From a virus (Duplodnaviria; Heunggongvirae; Uroviricota; Caudoviricetes), in IMG/VR virus record IMGVR_UViG_3300050011_000047, positions 78,132 to 92,362 of that record: a stretch of 14,231 bases of DNA. One strand, 5' to 3'. Below are positions 7,611 to 13,247 of the stretch, piece by piece. Positions within the stretch are counted from its first letter, which is position 1; each line of letters starts with the position of its first letter. Below the pieces are notes generated by a model. It saw nothing but the letters and a program-made list of their open reading frames with translations. It was not told where the DNA came from and did no database searches. The position numbers and the translations under genes are program-made.

Positions 7611-7666
7611 CGGTAACACACGTGCTTTGGGGGCATGAGTCGGAGGTTCGAGTCCTCCCGCCCGGA
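7596..7666 (+). tRNA. tRNA-Pro(TGG), no encoded CCA
   Basis: Acceptor TCGGGCG/CGCCCGG + A73; anticodon arm CGTGC-TTTGGGG-GCATG; T arm GGAGG-TTCGAGT-CCTCC. Confidence 0.9.
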
Positions 7667-7727
7667 TGGGTCGCAAGGCTAGAGACGAGCCCTCCGGTTG
7701 TGAGCCGATGGAGCCGGCGACCCTTCG

Positions 7728-7736
7728 TGGTACACT
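7728..7736 (+). promoter_or_regulatory. extended -10 (TG-g-TACACT) leaderless promoter for the lysin operon
   Basis: -10 at 7731-7736 + 6 nt + ATG7743. Confidence 0.65.
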
Positions 7737-7742
7737 CGGTGC

Positions 7743-7991
7743 ATGGGTGAGTTCCGCATCGTGATCGACGCCATCGGCGGACACGGCGATGAGCGCGAAG
7801 TTGGCGACGGCGGGACGCTGCACTATTCGCTCTACCCCGAGCGCAGTCTCGACCTCGTAGCCTTCGAGGCCGTGGCCGAACTGCGCAAGCGCGGCGCGAC
7901 GGTGACCGGCGCAACTCTCATCCATTGGCCGGGCACACCGGGCGAGGTCGTGGACGACGTGCTCGCGGGCACGCGGAAGGGATCATTCTAG
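7743..7991 (+). CDS. hypothetical protein (82 aa; GGHG...HWPGTPGEVVDD)
   Basis: Leaderless start; TAGTG-coupled to the lysozyme. Confidence 0.75.
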   Translation: MGEFRIVIDAIGGHGDEREVGDGGTLHYSLYPERSLDLVAFEAVAELRKRGATVTGATLIHWPGTPGEVVDDVLAGTRKGSF

Positions 7992-8473
7992 TGGCGATCC
8001 TTCGGCCCAAGCATCTCTCCAAGGCAGGCGCGGCATTCATCGGCGCGTTCGAGGGCCTGCGCCTCACGCCGTACAACGATGCGGCGGGCCACGCCACCGT
8101 CGGCTACGGGCACCTGCTTCACTACGGGCCGGTCACGCAGCACGACCTCGACAAGTATCGCGGCTTCACCACGGGCGAGGCCGTCGCGCTCCTACAGACG
8201 GACGCCGAGAAGGCAGCAGTTGCCGTCCGCGCGATCACTCCGGCGATCACGAATCAGGCGCGCTTCGACGCGCTCGTGTCCATCGCGTTCAACTGCGGAA
8301 CCGGCGTGCTCGATCCACGCTCATCGCTCGGCGCGGAACTCCGCAAGCCGGGACGCGGCAAGGCTGCCGATGCGTTCCTGCTCTACGACCATGCGGGCAA
8401 CGTCGTGCTCGCGGGATTGCAGCGTCGGCGCGAGGCCGAGCGCAAGTTGTTCCTCACCGGCAAGTACGCCTAG
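7991..8473 (+). CDS. GH24 lysozyme / endolysin (160 aa, catalytic domain only)
   Basis: FEGLRLTPYNDAAGHATVGYGH (E-x8-D-x5-T), FDALVSIAFNCG, GLQRRREAERKLF; start 7991 from TAGTG overlap. Confidence 0.92.
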   Translation: MAILRPKHLSKAGAAFIGAFEGLRLTPYNDAAGHATVGYGHLLHYGPVTQHDLDKYRGFTTGEAVALLQTDAEKAAVAVRAITPAITNQARFDALVSIAFNCGTGVLDPRSSLGAELRKPGRGKAADAFLLYDHAGNVVLAGLQRRREAERKLFLTGKYA

Positions 8474-8733
8474 TCCCTCACACGGATACGCAGGTGCCGG
8501 ACGCCCCACGCGCGTGCGCGTGAGCACGAGCCCATCCATAGGTCGATGTGGTAGCCCTGCACCGCCGAGCCCGTGTCGAGGGCTCTCCCGCGCCCGTAGC
8601 CGGGCACGAAGATCCGCATGGGCTCGCGCATGATCCGGGGATCGACGGCTATCGCGCCGTAGTGGACGGGCTCGCCTGAGGCGGTGTGGCCCGTGAGGCA
8701 GTAGGCCGTCGCGAGGACATGCAAGAACCGCAT
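8470..8733 (-). CDS. stand-alone 3D-domain (MltA-like lytic transglycosylase) protein
   Basis: ATAY..GHTASG, IAVDP, GYG...ALDTG, HIDLW, WG; all three Asp present; no signal peptide. Confidence 0.88.
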   Translation of the reverse strand: MRFLHVLATAYCLTGHTASGEPVHYGAIAVDPRIMREPMRIFVPGYGRGRALDTGSAVQGYHIDLWMGSCSRARAWGVRHLRIRVRD

Positions 8734-8738
8734 CTACA

Positions 8739-8759
8739 AGACTAGCACGCGGCTAGAAT
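8739..8759. promoter_or_regulatory. back-to-back promoters: minus-strand TG-c-TAGTCT (8739-8744, leaderless for the 3D gene) and plus-strand TAGAAT (8754-8759)
   Basis: 5 nt from the minus -10 to ATG8733; CTAGC-N5-GCTAG palindrome (8742-8756) touches both -10s. Confidence 0.55.
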
Positions 8760-8791
8760 CCTTGGTATCCGAACAATCGAGAGGAGGCTAC

Positions 8792-8872
8792 ATGCCTACA
8801 TGGTTGCTCGTTGCGCTCATCGCATGCGCCACCCTGTTTGTGTGGCTCGTGCTCATCCCGGCGCTTCACTAG
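8792..8872 (+). CDS. 26-aa single-TM peptide MPTWLLVALIACATLFVWLVLIPALH
   Basis: Hand-translated; strong SD GAGGAGG at 8781-8787; upstream -10; wholly hydrophobic. Confidence 0.7.
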   Translation: MPTWLLVALIACATLFVWLVLIPALH

Positions 8873-8891
8873 GGATAGGGGGCCGTCGCCC

Positions 8892-8920
8892 TAGACACGG
8901 GGCGTCGGCCCTGCTACAGT
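8892..8920 (+). promoter_or_regulatory. sigma70/SigA-type promoter for the small-gene operon
   Basis: TAGACA (8892-8897), 17 nt, TG-c-TACAGT (-10 at 8915-8920). Confidence 0.75.
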
Positions 8921-8950
8921 CCGACCAACCTACAAGTTGGGAGGATTGTA

Positions 8951-9040
8951 ATGGACGACATTCTGGACATGAACCGGCGCTTCTGCGTGAAGATCCTCAC
9001 CAACTCGCTCGATGTGTGGTTTGGAGGCTCGGAAATATGA
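8951..9040 (+). CDS. 29-aa peptide MDDILDMNRRFCVKILTNSLDVWFGGSEI
   Basis: GGAGG SD upstream; ATGA coupling to next gene. Confidence 0.6.
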   Translation: MDDILDMNRRFCVKILTNSLDVWFGGSEI

Positions 9041-9171
9041 GAGTCACAGGCAGGGAACTACGCACGCTCGCGGATGCGGCGTGGGAAGCCGATCAGCGCG
9101 ACATCGCGGAGGCGCTACACGACCTCGCGCGGAAGGTCGAGGCCGACGAGCAGTTGGCGGAGACGGCGTAA
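9037..9171 (+). CDS. 44-aa hypothetical protein
   Basis: GGAGG at 9023-9027; ATGA and TAATG overlaps. Confidence 0.65.
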   Translation: MRVTGRELRTLADAAWEADQRDIAEALHDLARKVEADEQLAETA

Positions 9172-9347
9172 TGGCGAAGACGACGAACGAGGCCGTGCAG
9201 GGAATGCGCTCCGGCAACAAGCGGGGCTCGAACAAGGGCATCCTCACGCGCAAGAAGGAGCGCAAGCGCGAGGAGGCCGAGGCCCGCAACGCACGCACGC
9301 AGCCGGGCAACCGGCGCAGTGCTCGGCGTGCTACCCTCACGCCATGA
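9171..9347 (+). CDS. 58-aa very basic peptide, possibly nucleic-acid binding
   Basis: TAATG and ATGA overlaps; Lys/Arg-rich (TRKKERKREE, RRSARR). Confidence 0.6.
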   Translation: MAKTTNEAVQGMRSGNKRGSNKGILTRKKERKREEAEARNARTQPGNRRSARRATLTP

Positions 9348-9562
9348 CGATGACTCGCACCCACACGCACACCGTAGTGCGGTTCGAGGTCGTGACCAAG
9401 GGCGGTGTGTTCGAGGTCAAGGCGAAGGATCAGCGGGCGCTCGATGACGCCATCGAGCGCGGGCTCATCTTCGACGCCGAGGAATCGTTCGCCCGTGCCG
9501 AAGGGTGGCGCGTGAACATGGCCCACGTCATCGCCTACCGCACCAAGGCCGTCCGAGACTGA
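9344..9562 (+). CDS. 72-aa hypothetical protein
   Basis: ATGA coupling; typical codon usage. Confidence 0.7.
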   Translation: MTMTRTHTHTVVRFEVVTKGGVFEVKAKDQRALDDAIERGLIFDAEESFARAEGWRVNMAHVIAYRTKAVRD

Positions 9563-9570
9563 GGGCAACT

Positions 9571-9619
9571 TGTGGTAACCTTCCGGGAGACAACTTGAAT
9601 CCCGAGGGGAGGTTACACA
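9571..9619 (+). promoter_or_regulatory. extended -10 promoter (TG-g-TAACCT) embedded in an anti-SD hairpin
   Basis: -10 at 9576-9581; GTAACCTTC (9575-9583) pairs with GGAGGTTAC (9608-9616); CGGGA/TCCCG inner stem. Confidence 0.6.
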
Positions 9620-9621
9620 CA

Positions 9622-9837
9622 ATGGCAACAAAGAAGAAGACGCAGGTGGAGGTCATTCTCGCGACACTGGCCCGGCGCAAGTCAGGCTTCACGGACGCGG
9701 AGTTGATCGAGGCCACCGGCATCGAGTACGCCGACACGATCCGCGCGACGCTCAAGCGTCAGGGCAAGGTCAAGGCGGTCGGCACGAAGAAGAACGTCAC
9801 CACGAATCGCACGCTCAAGACGTGGGGCGTGGCGTAA
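9622..9837 (+). CDS. winged-HTH DNA-binding protein (71 aa)
   Basis: Strong SD; VILATL...GFTDAELIEATGIEYADTIRATLKRQGKV followed by a beta-hairpin wing. Confidence 0.7.
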   Translation: MATKKKTQVEVILATLARRKSGFTDAELIEATGIEYADTIRATLKRQGKVKAVGTKKNVTTNRTLKTWGVA

Positions 9838-9856
9838 GCCCGTCCTATCCACCACG

Positions 9857-9886
9857 ACGCGAGGCCGGGGAACCGGCCTTTCGCGT
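9857..9886 (+). terminator. strong GNRA-capped hairpin, likely terminator or processing site
   Basis: ACGCGA-GGCCGG-GGAA-CCGGCC-TT-TCGCGT just after the wHTH stop; no clean U tract. Confidence 0.5.
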
Positions 9887-9942
9887 ATCTTCACCCTTTT
9901 GGGTGATTCACAGCGGTAGTGAATATGCCCGATACTGTGAAT

Positions 9943-10104
9943 ATGGAAAAGACAGAGACACCCAACACACCCCTTCTCGACTGCGCCGCAGTTCTAGCGA
10001 AACTCGACGCAGACGAGGAACAGGCGCGCTACCTCCGCGCCGAGCGCGGCGAGTTCGCGCTCCCGAAGATCAACCTCTCTGACCCCTGGGGCCACGAGAG
10101 ATGA
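9943..10104 (+). CDS. hypothetical protein (about 53 aa; start could be 9919, 9925 or 9943)
   Basis: Open frame with ATGA coupling to next gene. Confidence 0.55.
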   Translation: MEKTETPNTPLLDCAAVLAKLDADEEQARYLRAERGEFALPKINLSDPWGHER

Positions 10105-10328
10105 CGGACGGCTTCGAGAATCTCATGCGTGCGGTCAACGCCATCCCGATGCACGCGCCGGTCACCTACTACCACGCCGACGGCACAGTGGTCGTGACCT
10201 ACTTCCCTGCCGAGTACGAGTACCTGCTCGCATTCGCGGATCGGTACGGCGTTGAGCAGGAGTTCGAGTTCGTCACACCCGAGGAACTCGTCTCGCGCTC
10301 GATGGCCGAAGGTTGGATACGCGCATGA
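10101..10328 (+). CDS. 75-aa hypothetical protein
   Basis: ATGA coupling; typical codons. Confidence 0.7.
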   Translation: MTDGFENLMRAVNAIPMHAPVTYYHADGTVVVTYFPAEYEYLLAFADRYGVEQEFEFVTPEELVSRSMAEGWIRA

Positions 10329-10396
10329 AGCAGCATCGCAGCACCCGCGCACGTGCCGTGCAGTTGGGCGGCTTCGCGATGGAAGGAGGTACGACC

Positions 10397-10564
10397 ATGC
10401 ACATCCTCATGACCGAGGCACAGGCGAAGGTGATCGGCGGACTCAGGTTCGACGGAAACCTCGTCATCGAGCAGGACGGCGAGAGCATCACGCTCACCTA
10501 CGCCAAGGACGGCAACTTGCTTTTCCAGCGCGTAGCACCGGACGGCGACATCGAGAACGGCTAA
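10397..10564 (+). CDS. 55-aa hypothetical protein (alternative start 10325)
   Basis: AAGGAGGT SD before ATG10397; convergent stop overlap with the minus-strand gene. Confidence 0.65.
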   Translation: MHILMTEAQAKVIGGLRFDGNLVIEQDGESITLTYAKDGNLLFQRVAPDGDIENG

Positions 10565-11310
10565 CGAAAACGGAAGCCGAAGCGGCGTAGCCACTTCCGC
10601 GTGTAGCAGAGGCCGTTGTCACAGAAGTCGCTCGTCTTACCGCACGGGCACTGCATCGTCGGTTCCTTGAAGGGCGTCTCGTCCGCACGTGCGGCGAGTG
10701 CTTCGAGGTCGATCACAGGCTCGGGCTTCGGGGCCTCGACCACCACGAGCGGGTTCTCGATCCGTTCGAGCGCAGCACTCACGCCCTCAGCGAAGGCGAG
10801 CAGTCCGGCGGCAAGATCATCTAGGCGCGCCCGCAGGTCTTCCTGGCCCTTGAGAATCTCGTCGGCATCGTGCGACCGCACTGCGAGCGGCGCGGGCCGT
10901 CGGCGGCGCTGTACGGGCTCCTCGTCGGACTCGGGCAGGAACGGCGGCGGGTCTTCGTCGCTCGGCTCCCCAAGGTCGAACTCCAACTCCTCCTCGGGCT
11001 CCGGCTCCTCGCCTACCTCGAACGGCTCGTCCGCGTCGGCGGCTTCGCGCGTGCCCGGCTGCGTGCCGGTGTAGTCCGTGTAGTCCATCTCGATGACCTC
11101 ATCCGACGCGGGCGCACGTCCGGCCCGGCCACGGAAGCGGGAGGCCATGTCGGCCCGTTCGAGCGAGGCGGCATCGAGCCCGCCTCCGCCACGGCCCGCG
11201 ATCACGTGCTCACCGGGCTTCATCGGATCGACCACGCCCTCGCGGATCAGGGCCTTTCGGCGCGCGGCGATGCGAGCGGTCAAGTCTTGGCTAGGTGCGT
11301 CGAGTCCCAC
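10561..11310 (-). CDS. 249-aa protein with acidic Pro-rich disordered middle, coiled coil and C-terminal Cys cluster
   Basis: Long ORF; leaderless -10 TAGACT at 11317-11322 (minus), 6 nt from GTG11310. Confidence 0.8.
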   Translation of the reverse strand: MGLDAPSQDLTARIAARRKALIREGVVDPMKPGEHVIAGRGGGGLDAASLERADMASRFRGRAGRAPASDEVIEMDYTDYTGTQPGTREAADADEPFEVGEEPEPEEELEFDLGEPSDEDPPPFLPESDEEPVQRRRRPAPLAVRSHDADEILKGQEDLRARLDDLAAGLLAFAEGVSAALERIENPLVVVEAPKPEPVIDLEALAARADETPFKEPTMQCPCGKTSDFCDNGLCYTRKWLRRFGFRFR

Positions 11311-11319
11311 GGTTCAAGT

Positions 11320-11883
11320 CTACCGGAAGACGACAAGTTTGCCGCCGGAATCGCCGCCACCGTAGATCAGGCTCGTGGGGCCTCGCTGCCGGAGCACGTC
11401 CACGAAGCGGTGAACCTCGGTGCCCGGCACGTCGCGCGTCACCGCGTCATCGAGCACGATCAGCCCGCCGTCGCGCACGAGCGGCGCGTACATCTCGAAG
11501 TCCGAGACGACGGCCTCGAACCCGTGATCGGCGTCGATGTAGAGGAAGTCGATCCACAGGCCGTCGAGCGCGTGCAAGACCTGCCGGTAGGTGTCCGGCT
11601 CATAGGTCTTCCCGTAGATGACGATGGCCCCGTCGGCTTCGAGCGGATCGAGTCCGGCCCGCGTGCGCTCGGAGTCCTCCGCCTCCATGCCGATCAGGAA
11701 CGAGGGGTCGAAGGCGTAGCGCCACACCGCGAGGCTCGCGCCCGCGTGCGACCCAAGTTCGAGCACGACGTGCGGGCGACCATAGCGCGGGACGTTGCAG
11801 GCGAGGTTGATGACGTGCTCAAACTCCCAACGGGCGGAGTAGGTGGCCCCGTGGGTTGTGCACCAATCATCGAGCGCGGACAT
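11320..11883 (-). CDS. class I SAM-dependent methyltransferase (Methyltransf_24-like)
   Basis: VLELGSHAGAS; DFLYIDADHGFEAVVSDFEMYAPLVRDGGLIVLDD. Confidence 0.9.
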   Translation of the reverse strand: MSALDDWCTTHGATYSARWEFEHVINLACNVPRYGRPHVVLELGSHAGASLAVWRYAFDPSFLIGMEAEDSERTRAGLDPLEADGAIVIYGKTYEPDTYRQVLHALDGLWIDFLYIDADHGFEAVVSDFEMYAPLVRDGGLIVLDDAVTRDVPGTEVHRFVDVLRQRGPTSLIYGGGDSGGKLVVFR

Positions 11884-11926
11884 GCCTCACAGGGTACAGG
11901 AAGCGCCGAGCCGCTACAATCGGGGC
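11884..11926. promoter_or_regulatory. overlapping divergent leaderless promoters
   Basis: Minus TACCCT (11891-11896) + 7 nt + ATG11883; plus TACAAT (11915-11920) + 6 nt + ATG11927. Confidence 0.65.
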
Positions 11927-13219
11927 ATGAGGGTCATCATGGACGAGAAGACCGACGGGACGCGCACCTTCCAGTTCGGAAGCGCGGGCGAGCCCTACGT
12001 GTTCGAGCCCGGCGACGCCGACTCGACCGCAATCGCGTTCACCAAGGCCGTGAATGACGGCATCGAGTCCGGCGAGGAAATCGAGGGCGAGGCAGCCATC
12101 GCGGTAGCCGAAGTCCTCAAGGCGACCGGCGACCTTGCGTGGCCTTCGGACGGCGGCTATCAGGCACTCCTCACCGCCGTGCAGGACGCGCTGCCGAAAC
12201 TGCCGCGCGTCAACTCCGGCCCGAACGAGCCGTACTCCTACGTGTACGTGCAGGACATCGCACTCGATGCGGCGCACGCGCTCGTCTGTGGGTACGACCT
12301 CGACGGCGACGGCGACTCGGACACCTACGTCGTGCCGTTCACGGTTCACGGTACGGGCGCTGACCTGAGCGTGATCGTGGGCGACAAGTCCACGTGGGTC
12401 GAGGTCGAACAGGAGTTCGTGGAGAAGGCCGGACGCATGTTCTCGGGCAGGAACCTCGGCGCAATGCAGGAGGCGTATACCGTGCTCGGCAACCTCATCG
12501 CGGCAGCAGACAAGCCGGACAAGGATGAGCACACGGACGAGACGCTCAAGGGCACGGGCAACGAGGACATGTCCTACACCGTGACGAAGGCGAACGCGGC
12601 GATGCGCTACACGCTCGGCCCGCTCTACGCGCCCGCGCGCAAGGATGCGCACGGCGAGTACATCGAGGACGACACGCTGCACAAGTCACTCCATGAGTTC
12701 GTGCGCGACTCCGCCGACAACGGTCGTCGGATCAACGTGCAGCACGGCGACAAGGGCGACTTGCAGTGCGGCGAGTGGGTCGAGGCCGTTCGTTGGCCCT
12801 ACGACCACACGATCACGATGAAGTCCGCCGACGGCACAAGCCACGAGGTCGAGATGCCTGCGGGCACGGTCTACCTCGGCGTCGTGTGGGACGAGGAGTA
12901 TTGGGACACCGCGAAGTGTGCACCCAAGGGCCTCAACGGATACTCCCTCGGCGGGCGCGCGATCAAGGTGCGCGGCGACGGCGAGACGGAGACGCTCAAG
13001 GACATGGGCTACAAGGTTGCGAAGTCCGCGCCGACGAAGGACGAAATCGAGCGCAGCACCGAGATTGACCTCGCGGTCGAGGTCGGTAGGGCCGAGGCCG
13101 AGGCGCGCGTGCATGCTTCACTCTCTGAGCGCCTGCTCGGTGTCCTCAAGGATCACGCCAAGTCCGGCGTCACGATCAACGAGCACTCGGCTCCGGGGCT
13201 CGAAGACCTCGTGGAGTAG
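11927..13219 (+). CDS. XkdF-like prohead serine protease with long N-terminal region (430 aa)
   Basis: YTLGPLYAP..KDAHGE...INVQH...GEWVE...GTVYLGVVW...W...GLNGYSLGGRA; start 11927 chosen from the leaderless -10 rather than the track's 11843. Confidence 0.8.
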   Translation: MRVIMDEKTDGTRTFQFGSAGEPYVFEPGDADSTAIAFTKAVNDGIESGEEIEGEAAIAVAEVLKATGDLAWPSDGGYQALLTAVQDALPKLPRVNSGPNEPYSYVYVQDIALDAAHALVCGYDLDGDGDSDTYVVPFTVHGTGADLSVIVGDKSTWVEVEQEFVEKAGRMFSGRNLGAMQEAYTVLGNLIAAADKPDKDEHTDETLKGTGNEDMSYTVTKANAAMRYTLGPLYAPARKDAHGEYIEDDTLHKSLHEFVRDSADNGRRINVQHGDKGDLQCGEWVEAVRWPYDHTITMKSADGTSHEVEMPAGTVYLGVVWDEEYWDTAKCAPKGLNGYSLGGRAIKVRGDGETETLKDMGYKVAKSAPTKDEIERSTEIDLAVEVGRAEAEARVHASLSERLLGVLKDHAKSGVTINEHSAPGLEDLVE

Positions 13220-13229
13220 GGTTCCCGCG

Positions 13230-13247
13230 ATGGAGCCGCAAGCCTAA
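13230..13247 (+). CDS. putative leaderless 5-aa upstream ORF (MEPQA)
   Basis: TAGGGT (13217-13222) + 7 nt + ATG; TAATG overlap with the collagen start. Confidence 0.4.
   Translation: MEPQA

Noticed and set aside
7167-7666. tRNAs as a prophage attachment boundary
   Set aside because: Phage-type genes on both sides, no integrase, no duplicated tRNA 3' end in the window
9933-9945. TACTGT as a leaderless -10 for ATG9943
   Set aside because: Only 4 nt to the ATG, shorter than the other cases; left out of the count
5946-11883. The two methyltransferases as DNA MTases explaining the CCAG bias
   Set aside because: No DPPY/NPPY or PC catalytic motifs; both belong to small-molecule or glycan MTase families
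10870-12682. Long ORFs 10870-12057 (+) and 11867-12682 (-)
   Set aside because: Lie opposite or across genes with clear motifs; composition typical of high-GC shadow frames
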